From assembly GCA_963805085.1 (NCBI GenBank), contig CAWDTA010000004.1, forward strand, positions 128,001 to 192,000: a DNA stretch of 64,000 nt, read 5' to 3'. The notes beneath the pieces were generated by a model, which did no database searches, had not been told where the DNA came from, and worked only from the letters and a program-made list of their open reading frames with translations. Shown here in pieces: positions 22,192-37,259 of this stretch. Numbering within the stretch: position 1 is the first letter of the stretch; each line of letters opens with the position of its first letter. This DNA comes from an uncultured Veillonellaceae bacterium (GTDB lineage: Bacteria > Bacillota > Negativicutes > JARBTT01). Made by a program: the position numbers and the translations under genes.

Positions 22192-22584
22192 CTAGGCAAG
22201 ATCATTTTTAGTAAAAGCATAAGGTAATATTTCTTCTAAAGATAATATTTTCGTATGACCTTTAATATTTCCTAAAATGATTTGCTCAATGCCAAACTCA
22301 GCAATCACTTGCCTACATGCTCCACAAGGTGCTACCGGGCCTTCTGTATCAGCAACGACCGCTAAAGCTATAAAGGAATGTTCTCCTTCCGATACCGCTT
22401 TATAGATCGCCGTCCTTTCCGCACAATTGGTCAAACCATAAGAAACATTTTCAACATTACAGCCGCTGTAAATTTTTCCGCTAGGTGTCACCACTGCTGC
22501 ACCAACTTTAAAATTAGAATAAGGACTATATGCTTTTTCTCGTGCTTCTTTGGCTGCTCTAATCAAGCTTTCCATATCCATCAT
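22192..22584 (-). CDS. cdd: cytidine deaminase
   Basis: AYSPYS, GCNVEN, CAER and PCGACRQ motifs. Confidence 0.96.
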   Translation of the reverse strand: MMDMESLIRAAKEAREKAYSPYSNFKVGAAVVTPSGKIYSGCNVENVSYGLTNCAERTAIYKAVSEGEHSFIALAVVADTEGPVAPCGACRQVIAEFGIEQIILGNIKGHTKILSLEEILPYAFTKNDLA

Positions 22585-22790
22585 GATTACTCACTCTCTT
22601 CATACTGATATTATTTATTAATTATAGACTAAAAATCTGCTCCTTAATAATTTTATTTTACAATACTATTATTATAAGCAATACAATATTTCTTTAAACT
22701 TTACAAAAACTTAATTTATTGTTAACAAAATCTACCTAATTTATTGCTATATTTGTTATATTACTATATTGCGTAAGGAGATACATAATT

Positions 22791-24551
22791 TTGTCTGGTA
22801 ATTATTTGAAAGAACTAAACAATATAATAGGTAATCAATTAATCACTTCCGTTTATCAACCAATCATCAGTTTAAGAGACGGTTCTGTACTCGGCTACGA
22901 AGCCCTCAGTCGTGGCCCTGCCGATAGTATATTAGCAAGTCCAGAAAAATTATTTGAAATTGCCGCAAAACATAACAAGTCTTGGAAACTTGATTATTTG
23001 TGTAGAAAAACGGCCATAACTACTGCAAAAAATATGCTAACAAATCAATTATTGTTTTTAAATGTTGAGCCAAAAATATTATATGATAAACGCTTCCACC
23101 AAGGAACTACGAAAAAACTTCTAGATAAATATCAATTAAATAGCGATAACATTATCTTTGAAGTAACTGAAAAAACTGCCATTGACGATTACACCAATTT
23201 TCGTGCGATCTTGGATAACTATCGCAATCAAGGCTATCGTATCGCTTTAGATGATGTTGGCTCAGGCTATTCAGGCTTAACGTTATTATCCAAAACCTCA
23301 CCACAATTTATAAAAATTGACATTGAATTGATTAGAAATATTCATACCGATAAAACTAAGCAAGCGATTGTTAAAGCATTGGTCGATGTTTCTAATGCAG
23401 CCCATATGACCATCATTGCTGAAGGCATTGAAATCAAAGAAGAGCTCCTTACCTTGATTACCTTGGGGGTTCAGTATGGTCAAGGATTTTACCTTAGCCG
23501 GCCTGCACCAGAATTTAATACATTAGATGAGGAACTTACGCAATTCATTAAAAATGCTTACCTAAAAAAGGAAGAATTCACAATGAATACTCGGCTTAGT
23601 ACGCCAATTAGTGAAATTGCTACAAGACAAATTTATTTTTCCTCAGATACTTTAGGCAAAGAAATTCTAACTTATCTACATAACAATCATGACCATATGG
23701 ACATCATCATCGTTGATGACAATTGTCCAATCGGCTTAATTAGCCGAGAATTTTTTCTCAGTAACTTAGCAACAAACTATGGTATGTCAATCTATAGCAA
23801 TCGTCCAGTAAAGTTACTAATAGATACCAATCCTTTGATCTTAGATTATACGACCCCTGTAGAACAAGCAACCAAAGCTGCGATGGCCAGAAATTCTGAT
23901 CACGTTTACGATTCTATTATTATCACAAAAGACAATGAGTATTTTGGTATAACAACGATTAAAGCTTTACTGGAAATCACAACAAAAATTGAATTAAATC
24001 GTGCCAAGAATGCAAACCCTTTAACTGGACTACCAGGCAATCAAATTATCGACTGGGAATCCAATCGTTATATTAATCATCTAGTTCCCTTTAGTGCAAT
24101 CTATATTGACTTAGATAACTTCAAAGTTTATAACGATGTGTATGGTTACGACGCTGGTGATACCGTGCTCGCTACCACCGCAAACATATTATCACAATGT
24201 TTAAAACGCTGCTGCACAGAGCATTTTCTTGGGCACATTGGTGGCGATGACTTTATTACCTTTATTCCTAGCGTAGATGTCGAAGGCATTTGTAAAAATA
24301 TTATTGATCAATTCGCCAAAGAATCAAAAACCTTTTATTCACTAGAACATCAGAAGCAAGGTTATGTAACAGCCAAAAATCGTTCCGATAAAATAGAACA
24401 ATTCCCCTTAATGACAATCTCCTTGGCCGTAGTTGTTGTGAATAACAATAAGAATATTACTACTAAGAAATTAGCAGCAAAATCAGCTGAAGTCAAAAAA
24501 ATCTGTAAGGAAACTTGGGAAAATAACTTCATTGTAAAAAATTATAATTAA
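22791..24551 (+). CDS. EAL-CBS-GGDEF c-di-GMP turnover protein
   Basis: YEALSR, DDVGSGYS, QGFY (EAL); central CBS pair; NPLTGLP, DLDNFK, GGDDF (GGDEF). Confidence 0.93.
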   Translation: MSGNYLKELNNIIGNQLITSVYQPIISLRDGSVLGYEALSRGPADSILASPEKLFEIAAKHNKSWKLDYLCRKTAITTAKNMLTNQLLFLNVEPKILYDKRFHQGTTKKLLDKYQLNSDNIIFEVTEKTAIDDYTNFRAILDNYRNQGYRIALDDVGSGYSGLTLLSKTSPQFIKIDIELIRNIHTDKTKQAIVKALVDVSNAAHMTIIAEGIEIKEELLTLITLGVQYGQGFYLSRPAPEFNTLDEELTQFIKNAYLKKEEFTMNTRLSTPISEIATRQIYFSSDTLGKEILTYLHNNHDHMDIIIVDDNCPIGLISREFFLSNLATNYGMSIYSNRPVKLLIDTNPLILDYTTPVEQATKAAMARNSDHVYDSIIITKDNEYFGITTIKALLEITTKIELNRAKNANPLTGLPGNQIIDWESNRYINHLVPFSAIYIDLDNFKVYNDVYGYDAGDTVLATTANILSQCLKRCCTEHFLGHIGGDDFITFIPSVDVEGICKNIIDQFAKESKTFYSLEHQKQGYVTAKNRSDKIEQFPLMTISLAVVVVNNNKNITTKKLAAKSAEVKKICKETWENNFIVKNYN

Positions 24552-24565
24552 CCTTATATACTAAC

Positions 24566-24595
24566 AAAAAACGCCCACAAAAGTGAGTGTTTTTT
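24566..24595. terminator. terminator hairpin, near-duplicate of 29898-29927
   Basis: AAAAAACGCCCAC-AAAA-GTGAGTGTTTTT. Confidence 0.7.
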
Positions 24596-24676
24596 TATTT
24601 AGAAAGAAGTATTATTGGTCTATAAGCGTTTAACTACTATGTTCAGTCTGAGAAAATCATAATTATCTAATTAAAA

Positions 24677-25531
24677 TTATACACGCCGCTTAGCTATTGC
24701 TTGTCGCATCTTATTCATATGATTCATGTATTTTTCTGTATCCTGCAAAGATATCCCCGTGTAAAGCAAATCTGCTATAGCAAAATGGACCAACCGCGAT
24801 GCTACGGCTTCCGAACGGTATCTCACTTCTCGCCCCATACCGTGCAGTATAATATCCGCCCGTTTCGCCAGCGGCGAACGCACATAGCTTGTAATTGCAA
24901 TCACCGATGCATTATTTTCTTTCGCAATATCCACCGACTGCAACAGCTCAATTGTCGCCCCCGTGTGAGAAACCGCAATAACTACATCTTTTTCCGTCAA
25001 CAGCGATGCCGATGTTACCTGCATATGAGAGTCGGCATATGCATGTACCATCATACCAAAACGCAAGAATCTCGTTTCAATATCATGACAAACTGTCGCC
25101 GAATTACCCAAGCCATATACAGCTATACTTCTTGCTTTGCACAAGGTTTCTACAGCCCTTTCCACCGCAGTGAAATCCAAGAGTTTTAACGTATCTTGTA
25201 ATCCATCATTTATATTCCGAAAGATTTTTCCCGCCATCATTTCATAAGAATCAGTTTGATGAATGTCCTGATAAATAGATTCATCCGGCGTATATATTTC
25301 TCCAGCCAAGGCAATTTTTAGACTTTGCAAACCACTAAATCCTAATTTTTTGCAAAAGCGAGAAACTGTAATCTCCGAACTGTTTGTATGTACAGCAATA
25401 TCTGAAATTGTCTGTTCCATGATGTTTTTTTCATTTTCTATAATATAATCAGCAATACGCCGTTCCGATTTTGTCAAATCCTGATAGCAGCTCCGCAAAA
25501 TCGGCAGCTGCAAGAGCGGTTCTTTCTTCAT
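24677..25531 (-). CDS. RpiR/MurR family transcriptional regulator
   Basis: SEITVSRFCKKLGFSG HTH and SIS domain (SHTG). Confidence 0.93.
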   Translation of the reverse strand: MKKEPLLQLPILRSCYQDLTKSERRIADYIIENEKNIMEQTISDIAVHTNSSEITVSRFCKKLGFSGLQSLKIALAGEIYTPDESIYQDIHQTDSYEMMAGKIFRNINDGLQDTLKLLDFTAVERAVETLCKARSIAVYGLGNSATVCHDIETRFLRFGMMVHAYADSHMQVTSASLLTEKDVVIAVSHTGATIELLQSVDIAKENNASVIAITSYVRSPLAKRADIILHGMGREVRYRSEAVASRLVHFAIADLLYTGISLQDTEKYMNHMNKMRQAIAKRRV

Positions 25532-25646
25532 GTATAAAATTCCCCTTTCTAACGACTTACTCATTGCTCTATTATAACTCGCTTTTAGTAAAAAACAAAC
25601 AAGAGTCACTATTTTACAGCAACTCTTGTTTCTTTTTCATTAAACA

Positions 25647-26966
25647 TTAACCGACAAATAAATTGATAGCAAGTACGCCAATAAGTCCCACGATCGAAAT
25701 CGTTGTTTCTACTGCACACCAGGTACGTACGGTCTCTTTGATAGTAAGACCAAAGAATTCTTTAAACAACCAAAAGCCAGGGTCGTTTGGAGGGCTGACA
25801 ATTAAACTACCGGCGCCTGTTGCTAGCACCATAAGTTCCGGGCTAACACCAGACAGAACAATTAGCGGAGCAACGATACCGCCTGTTGTCAAAGCTGCTA
25901 CAGTTGCAGAACCAACCGATATACGAATAACCGCGGCAATGAGCCAAGCCAGAACCAGTGGAGAAAGATTTGAACCAGCCATCAACTCGCCAATATATTT
26001 GCCAACACCACTGTCAATCAGAATCTGTTTAAGGGCACCGCCACCACCAACAATCAGCAAGATCATAGCAATTGCAACAACAGCTGATTCTATAGTTTTC
26101 ATTACTTCTGTGATACTTTTACCACGATTCAATCCGAAGGTAAATATTGCGATAGCAACCGAAATGGAGAGTGCAATATCTGGATTTCCTAGAAAAACAA
26201 GTATATTCTGTATCATAGATTCTTTAGGTAACGTCAGCTTCGCAATGGCTGATATGGCCATCAAGAACACCGGTACCAATGCAGTTGAGATACTCGTTAA
26301 GAAAGAAGGCATTTCTTCATCCTTAAAAATTTTTGGATTATACAGTCCCTGTGGCACTTCCGGATTCAAATCCTTAACAGTGTTATAAAGCAAAGGTCCG
26401 GCAATAATTACCGTAGGTATCGCAATAATTACACCGTAGATAAGTGTCAAACCGATGTCTGCATTATAAATAACGGAAATGGCCGTTGGCCCCGGATGTG
26501 GTGGTAAGAATCCATGGGTTACAGATAAAGCGGCGGCCATCGGAATCCCAACTTCCAAAAGTGGTATTTTTGCCGATACGGCAATCGTGAATACCAATGG
26601 AATCAAAAGCACGAACCCAATTTCATAAAATAGTGCTATCCCCACAGCAAAACCGGTTAAACATACAGCCCATTTTACATTTTGGCGACCAAAAACATTG
26701 ATTAATGTCGTTGCAATCCGCTGTGCACCGCCACTTTCTGCCATAAGTTTGCCGAGCATAGCTCCAAAGCTCACAACAATCGCCAAACCACCAAGTGTAG
26801 CACCCATTCCACTTTGGATTGTAGGAACAATCTTCGCAATCGGCAGACCTTCCGTATATCCCATAACCATTGCTACCAAAACTAGAGACAGAAAGCTATT
26901 CAACTTCAACTTCACAATAAGAAAAAACAACAATATAATACCACATGCTAAAATAAATAAAGGCAT
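25647..26966 (-). CDS. gntP: gluconate:H+ symporter (GntP family)
   Basis: GAMLGKL, HGFLPPHPGP, GSATVA, NDPGFW motifs. Confidence 0.92.
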   Translation of the reverse strand: MPLFILACGIILLFFLIVKLKLNSFLSLVLVAMVMGYTEGLPIAKIVPTIQSGMGATLGGLAIVVSFGAMLGKLMAESGGAQRIATTLINVFGRQNVKWAVCLTGFAVGIALFYEIGFVLLIPLVFTIAVSAKIPLLEVGIPMAAALSVTHGFLPPHPGPTAISVIYNADIGLTLIYGVIIAIPTVIIAGPLLYNTVKDLNPEVPQGLYNPKIFKDEEMPSFLTSISTALVPVFLMAISAIAKLTLPKESMIQNILVFLGNPDIALSISVAIAIFTFGLNRGKSITEVMKTIESAVVAIAMILLIVGGGGALKQILIDSGVGKYIGELMAGSNLSPLVLAWLIAAVIRISVGSATVAALTTGGIVAPLIVLSGVSPELMVLATGAGSLIVSPPNDPGFWLFKEFFGLTIKETVRTWCAVETTISIVGLIGVLAINLFVG

Positions 26967-27233
26967 AATTTAAATCCTCCCTTAAATTAATTTTTTGATC
27001 TGCCTTAAACGCTTCCCTTTCCTTCTCTTATTTGTCTGATAATTTCATTTCTTTAGAATATTTTAAATTTGTTATAAGTATATCATTTTGCATCTTGTTT
27101 GTAAATATTATTTCATTTTATTTTATTTTTATTGATATAGAACTATCATTTTTGTTTTAAAAATCAGGATGTCTTAACATTGCAAGACATCCGATCCATT
27201 TTACAGCTAAAATTCTATTATCTACAGCCAGTT

Positions 27234-28133
27234 TTATTTATATTCCACAGCATGACCGCCAAACTGATTGCGCAGTGCGGCAACCACTTTGCCCGAAAAA
27301 GTGTCTTCTTCCATAGAGCGATAGCGCATCAAAACTGACAAAGCGATGACCGGTGTGCAAATCTGTTTGGCGAGAGCCTCTTCCAATGTCCATTTACCTT
27401 CACCTGTGGAATGCATAATTCCTTTCAGCTCAGCCAGCTGATTTCCCTCCTGACGGAAAGCATTTTCAGTAAGTTCCATCAACCAACTGCGAATCACCGA
27501 ACCATGATTCCATACGCTTGCTACTTTTTCCATATCATACTCATAATCGCTTTTCTTCAAAACTTCAAAACCTTCAGCCATTGCCTGCATCATGCCATAT
27601 TCTATCCCATTATGCACCATTTTACAGTAATGTCCGCTCCCCGAAGGACCGGTATAAAGGCATCCATCTTGCACTGAAATACTCGCAAAAAGCTGCTCAC
27701 AATAATGATAGGCTGATTCGTCGCCACCGATCATCAGACATACACCTTCCAATGCGCCTTCTTTTCCTCCGCTTGTCCCACAATCCAAATAGCGGATTTC
27801 TTTTTCCTGCAACACCTTACCACGTCGTACAGTATCACCGTAATACGAATTACCACCGTCAACAATGATATCCCCTGGTTCCAAAAGCTCTTTAAGTTGC
27901 GTAAGTGTTTCTTCTACCGGATTGCCTACCGGCACCATCATATAGAAAACCCGCGGACTTTCTAATTGACTTACCATATCCACAAGACCTGCAGCGATTA
28001 TAGCACCCTTTTCATCCAAACCTGCTGTATTTTCCGACATAATATCATGTACTACGACTTCGTGGCCTTTATCTAGCATATTTAGCACCAAATTATATCC
28101 CATTTTTCCTGTACCAATTAATCCCAACTTCAT
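27234..28133 (-). CDS. gnd: 6-phosphogluconate dehydrogenase (decarboxylating, short type)
   Basis: GLIGTGKMG, DGGN, GTSGG, KMVHNGIEYG, RNQFGGH motifs. Confidence 0.93.
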   Translation of the reverse strand: MKLGLIGTGKMGYNLVLNMLDKGHEVVVHDIMSENTAGLDEKGAIIAAGLVDMVSQLESPRVFYMMVPVGNPVEETLTQLKELLEPGDIIVDGGNSYYGDTVRRGKVLQEKEIRYLDCGTSGGKEGALEGVCLMIGGDESAYHYCEQLFASISVQDGCLYTGPSGSGHYCKMVHNGIEYGMMQAMAEGFEVLKKSDYEYDMEKVASVWNHGSVIRSWLMELTENAFRQEGNQLAELKGIMHSTGEGKWTLEEALAKQICTPVIALSVLMRYRSMEEDTFSGKVVAALRNQFGGHAVEYK

Positions 28134-28150
28134 AAATAAGTTCCCCTTTT

Positions 28151-29698
28151 CTATATATTCTTCTGATAAGCAACAATATCGGCGAATTCCTTCTGCACAT
28201 TCCAATAAAGTCTATCGTAAATATCATAAAGTCTTTTATAAACAATTGCATTTTCTGCTTGTGGTTTATATATTTTTTGAGGACGTACCAAAGTTGCTGT
28301 ATCTTCAATACTCTGCATAATCCCTTCTGAAATAAAGCCCAAGACAGCCGCACCAAAAGCCGCACCCTCACTATTATCCGGCAATGTGATTTCTTCGCCA
28401 AACACATCGGCCATAGTCTGTAGCCACAGCGGAGATTTTGTAAAACTACCACTGACACGGATATCTTGTATATCACCAAAATCCCGCAACGCTAGCAAAA
28501 CACTGTTAAGACTATAACAAATTCCTTCCATTGCTGCCCGAATCATATGTGAACGTCCATGGTTCAGCGATAACCCGAAAAACATGCCGCGAAGTTCCGA
28601 ATTCCAATGTGGTGCTCTTTCGCCTGTAAAAAAAGGTAAAAGGATCAACCCGTCCGATCCAGCGGCAATGCGCCCTGCTTTCATCGTCATGAGATCATAT
28701 GCATCAACATCCAAATTTTCCATCTGGGCACCGCCGTAATGGCAGACTTTGTCGCGAATCCAGCGCAAGACCATGCCCCCATTATTGATTGCTCCGCCCG
28801 CAACCCACATGTCATCCGTCAGATTGTAGCACCAGGTGCGCCCCTGTAGATCAATCTTCGGTGTTTTTGTCAATATCCGTAATGCACCGCTTGTACCAAT
28901 CGTCGCACTGATCTGTCCTTGTCGTACCGCACCGATACCGACATTCACAAGTACCCCATCCGTTGCCCCAATGACGATTGGAATACCTGCTGGAAGATGC
29001 ATTCTCTCCGCTGCCGCCGGCAAAATAGCCTGATGATACGTCGTCGACACCACTCTCGGCATATAGTCTTCAGCTATTCCAAGATACCTAAGTATATCTT
29101 GATCCCAGGCCAATTCTGCAACATTGTAAATTCCACTGCTACTGGCAACAGATCTATCCACTACCCACTCACCAGTCAAATTCTCAAATACATAATCCTT
29201 AATCGAACCAACATATCGCAAACGGCTAAATAAATCTGGATGATGCTTGCGCAGCCACAAAATTTTCGTTAACGGATAACAAGCATGTATCGGACAACAG
29301 GTCTTCTGATAAAAGCTACGGCAAAGAATTTCATCCTGTTTCATTTCTTGCACGATATCTGAACTGCGGCTATCGGCCCACGTTATCATATTCGTCAACA
29401 AGTTCTTTTCTGCATCCATCGCTGCAAAGCTATGCATAACCGCACTTAAAGCTACCCCTGACAGTTGCTTGTTTTTATAACGCAACGCATCTGCTGCTTT
29501 CCGCACAACACTCTCCACCGAATCATAGATTTGCGCTGGGTTCTGCTCTGCCCAATCAGGATGCGGCGTATCTAGAGGGTACAGGGCTGAAGCTGAACAA
29601 ATACTTTTGCCATCGGACTGATAAGCAATGGCCCTTACACCTGTGGTTCCAATATCTACACCAATCCAAACACAATCTTCAACATGATCTATTTGCAT
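28151..29698 (-). CDS. gntK: gluconokinase (FGGY family)
   Basis: GVDIGTT, TWADSR, IGTSGA, GERAP motifs; cluster context. Confidence 0.9.
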   Translation of the reverse strand: MQIDHVEDCVWIGVDIGTTGVRAIAYQSDGKSICSASALYPLDTPHPDWAEQNPAQIYDSVESVVRKAADALRYKNKQLSGVALSAVMHSFAAMDAEKNLLTNMITWADSRSSDIVQEMKQDEILCRSFYQKTCCPIHACYPLTKILWLRKHHPDLFSRLRYVGSIKDYVFENLTGEWVVDRSVASSSGIYNVAELAWDQDILRYLGIAEDYMPRVVSTTYHQAILPAAAERMHLPAGIPIVIGATDGVLVNVGIGAVRQGQISATIGTSGALRILTKTPKIDLQGRTWCYNLTDDMWVAGGAINNGGMVLRWIRDKVCHYGGAQMENLDVDAYDLMTMKAGRIAAGSDGLILLPFFTGERAPHWNSELRGMFFGLSLNHGRSHMIRAAMEGICYSLNSVLLALRDFGDIQDIRVSGSFTKSPLWLQTMADVFGEEITLPDNSEGAAFGAAVLGFISEGIMQSIEDTATLVRPQKIYKPQAENAIVYKRLYDIYDRLYWNVQKEFADIVAYQKNI

Positions 29699-29800
29699 GA
29701 AAACAACCTCCCATATTTACTTTCTGATAACCATTTTTATTGTTTTTATTCTATCATAATATATTTTAAAATGCAATTTATTATTCATTATTTTATCTTA

Positions 29801-29824
29801 AAAATGATATATTTATTTCATTTT
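29801..29824. promoter_or_regulatory. candidate RpiR-family operator upstream of gntK
   Basis: AAAATGA-N10-TCATTTT inverted repeat; similar TATTTCATTTT upstream of gntP. Confidence 0.35.
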
Positions 29825-29897
29825 TTTAAAAATATCGTGTAAGAGCTAGCTAATTATTTTATTCTTCCACAACTTACTATTAAGCATTCTAGGCACA

Positions 29898-29927
29898 AAA
29901 AAGCACCCACAAATGTGAGTGCTTTTC
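29898..29927 (-). terminator. terminator hairpin, near-duplicate of 24566-24595
   Basis: AAAAAGCACCCAC-AAAT-GTGAGTGCTTTTT. Confidence 0.7.
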
Positions 29928-29980
29928 CCTGTTTTCTCCAACAAAAAAAGACCCAACCGAAGTTGAATCTTTTCATCTTA

Positions 29981-30082
29981 ACCAGCAACTACCTACTTTC
30001 CCAGGGCGTTTCCACCCAAGTATCATCGGCGTGTATAGGCTTAACTACTGTGTTCGGTAGTGGAACAGGTGGATCCCTATAG
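29981..30082 (-). pseudogene. rrf: second, divergent 5S rRNA copy lacking its 5' end
   Basis: matches 30273-30388 over ~100 nt, has its own terminator; the first ~14 nt are replaced by unrelated sequence and hairpin element C. Confidence 0.8.
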
Positions 30083-30090
30083 ACCAGTCC

Positions 30091-30208
30091 GACAAAACGA
30101 GAGCACCACATCTGCGTTGTCACTCCTGCGATCCTTCGTTTCGCGTACACTAGTACTGCTCAACTCAGGTTCTCGTCCTTCCTAGCATCTGCAGCACTCT
30201 CGTTTGTC
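30091..30208 (-). repeat. dispersed ~120-nt hairpin element, copy C (between 5S copies)
   Basis: GACAAAACGAGAG...CTCTCGTTTGTC stem; CATCTGCGTTG...CGTAC-ACTA-GTAC...CCTAGCATCTG core. Confidence 0.8.
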
Positions 30209-30272
30209 TTGTTCCTTCGAATCTATTTTTTTATACAAAAAAAGACTCGACCTAAGTCGAGCCTTTCATCTA

Positions 30273-30388
30273 ACCAGCAACTACCTACTTTCCCAGGGCG
30301 TTTCCACCCAAGTATCATTGGCCTCTAAGCGCTTAACTACTGTGTTCGGTATGGGAACAGGTGGAACCACTTAGGTATCGTCACTGGA
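30273..30388 (-). rRNA. rrf: 5S ribosomal RNA
   Basis: 116 nt, CCCATACCGAACACAG and AGTAGGT motifs, paired termini. Confidence 0.95.
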
Positions 30389-30595
30389 TCTTTCAGAGAT
30401 ATTCTCTGAAAACTAAACAGAAGTTTTATTATTGTATTCTTTGCATTTTAGTTATCACTTTATCCGTCGAAGTTGATCTACCACGTCCTCTAACTTCGTC
30501 TCATTCGACAAAGCTACGTCTTTGGTTTCTTCTCACTTCGCTCGAACTAAAGTGATTCACTCAAAACTTTTCTCAAAGTTTTGGTTCTCTACTTT

Positions 30596-33529
<2,934 letters not shown>

Positions 33530-33541
33530 ATCGTACTCTTC

Positions 33542-33665
33542 GAACACGTCTATAAACGCACATTTGCTTCGTTGCTCCTCGGTAAAATCACTCGACGTAA
33601 TTTTCATTACGACTCGCGCTTTTCCCTGCGGTGCGCCTTGCAACTGTACATTTCTAGTCTGTTCT
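33542..33665 (-). repeat. dispersed hairpin element, copy D (ITS, just 5' of 23S)
   Basis: CATTTGCTTCGTTG...GACGTAA-N-TTACGAC...GCGCCTTGCAACTG core inside a long imperfect stem. Confidence 0.7.
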
Positions 33666-33930
33666 AGTTTTGTACTAAAATCAAATAGCCATTAAGTTAT
33701 ACTTAAATGCTTAATTTAATCTTTTTGAATCCTAAAATGCTCGTTAATTTACTCTCACTTCTGAGAGGTACTTTAAAACTTAAAATACATTTTATTTTCT
33801 TCTGTGTAGTTTTCAAAGAACATGTTGCAACTTTGCTGTTGCTAGTGGGATACATATAATATCATATATACCTGTTTGTTACAACCGGTAGTTTATGGCA
33901 GTTTTCTGTATTCCCTTTAAGTTGTTTTAA

Positions 33931-34006
33931 TGGTGGAGACAAGCGGGATCGAACCGCTGACCCCCTGCTTGCAAGGCAGGTGCTCTCCCAGCTGAGCTAT
34001 GCCCCC
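33931..34006 (-). tRNA. tRNA-Ala (TGC)
   Basis: 76-nt cloverleaf GGGGGCATAGCTCAG...TTGCAAG...GTTCGATCC...CCA. Confidence 0.97.
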
Positions 34007-34167
34007 ATATAACAGTTAGCAATCCTTCGATTGCTAATATTGAAAAACTATATTAAGTTATTCAATCGAGACAATACTTTCGTATTCCCTCAAAACTAAA
34101 CAATGTAAATGAATTAATTAGATGTGTCGACCTCGGATTACGAAAGTACATTTAAACTTTCATATCT

Positions 34168-35841
<1,674 letters not shown>

Positions 35842-36052
35842 AATTTATTAGAAAGCCTAAAAGGCTCTTTAAATTCTTTGTTTCTTTATAATAAAGAAAT
35901 TGACTCGCGATTCAAGAACCGCGACGCAGCATCTCTGCTGCTAGTACTGACAGTTCACGAAGAACTGTGCAGTGCACATCTGGCATTAATTTTTTCTACA
36001 TTGTTTAGTTTTCAGAGAACACTTGCTAACGTCTTGCGTTGTCAGCTCATTT

Positions 36053-36185
36053 ATATTAACAGAACTAAAAGTAATTGTCAATATGTTTTTTGATTCTTTC
36101 TAAGAAATCGTGTCGTACATTGCAGTAATAAGTAACTGTCACTGGCGACTTGCTTATAGTATCATAAATAAAATATTAATGTCAA
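36053..36185 (-). promoter_or_regulatory. tandem rRNA promoters P1/P2
   Basis: TTGACA-N18-TACTAT (36185-36156) and TTGACA-N17-TAATAT (36081-36053), both with an extended TG; boxA-like GTTCTCTGAAAACT downstream. Confidence 0.8.
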
Positions 36186-36210
36186 CACCTTTTGAAAAAA
36201 AAGTGACAGC

Positions 36211-37107
36211 TTATTGCTTTTTTATATTCTCTTTTTCACTTGCTAATGAAATGAACGCTCGCATAGCGACTGTTACGTATTTTTTCTTGAGATAAATGAG
36301 TTGTCTCTGCATATTAAATTTGCATTCAGCAATATCTAAAATGACTAACTCCTGATTTGCCACTTCTTTTTCAACTGTCATCAAAGGTAACAACGTAATC
36401 CCTAAATTACTTTTAACAAAGCTCTTTATTGTTTCAATATTACCAACTTCTAATAAAATATGCGGTTGTACCTCATTTTTATTAAATATTTCTTCTAACG
36501 CACAACGATAACTACAGCCTTGCTCTGTAAGAATCAAAGATTCCGTTGCAAGATCTTGCACAGTTAAGCTATTTTTATTTTTAAGCCGATTGCTGGCTGC
36601 TGCGACAATGACCATGGGTTCATTTAAAGATAAACTTGATGTGAATTCTTCTTCTTTAACTGCCTGATCCAAAATAAAAACGACATCAACCATATTATTT
36701 TTGAGCATTGTTCTGAGTTCGGAACAAAAGCCTAATTTAATAACAATATCTACTTCTGGATATTGCACATGATACGTTTTAAGTAACGCTGGTAATCTCA
36801 TTGTACAAATAGATTCTACTACCCCTATTCTTAGTGTTCCTTTTGGAGTATTGCTTTCATCTATAGAATCTTTCGCTTTATCAGTAAGTGCTATGATTTT
36901 ATTAACGTATTGCAAAAAGATACTACCATGCGCGGTAAGTTCCACGCGCCTGCCGATTCTTTCAAATAATTTTGTTCCCAACTCTTGCTCTAAAAGCTGA
37001 ATTTGTGTCGTAATGGTTGATTGCGCGTAACCTAAAGTTTCTGCTGTTTTTGAAAAGCTTTTATATTGCGCTATTTTCGCAAACGTTTTTAAATTTTTCA
37101 ATTCCAT
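36211..37107 (-). CDS. LysR family transcriptional regulator
   Basis: SFSKTAETLGYAQSTITTQIQLLEQELGTKLFER HTH. Confidence 0.95.
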   Translation of the reverse strand: MELKNLKTFAKIAQYKSFSKTAETLGYAQSTITTQIQLLEQELGTKLFERIGRRVELTAHGSIFLQYVNKIIALTDKAKDSIDESNTPKGTLRIGVVESICTMRLPALLKTYHVQYPEVDIVIKLGFCSELRTMLKNNMVDVVFILDQAVKEEEFTSSLSLNEPMVIVAAASNRLKNKNSLTVQDLATESLILTEQGCSYRCALEEIFNKNEVQPHILLEVGNIETIKSFVKSNLGITLLPLMTVEKEVANQELVILDIAECKFNMQRQLIYLKKKYVTVAMRAFISLASEKENIKKQ

Positions 37108-37259
37108 ACTTTCATCACCTCTTTTAATTCATCAATAAAATTGAACTATAGATTCGAATAATTCAATTTTATTGAATTCATTTTTTATGCTATTATAAAT
37201 TCACAATTGATTCAATGCATTTTATTAATTTGTTATATAAGGAATTGGGGGATTGCACT

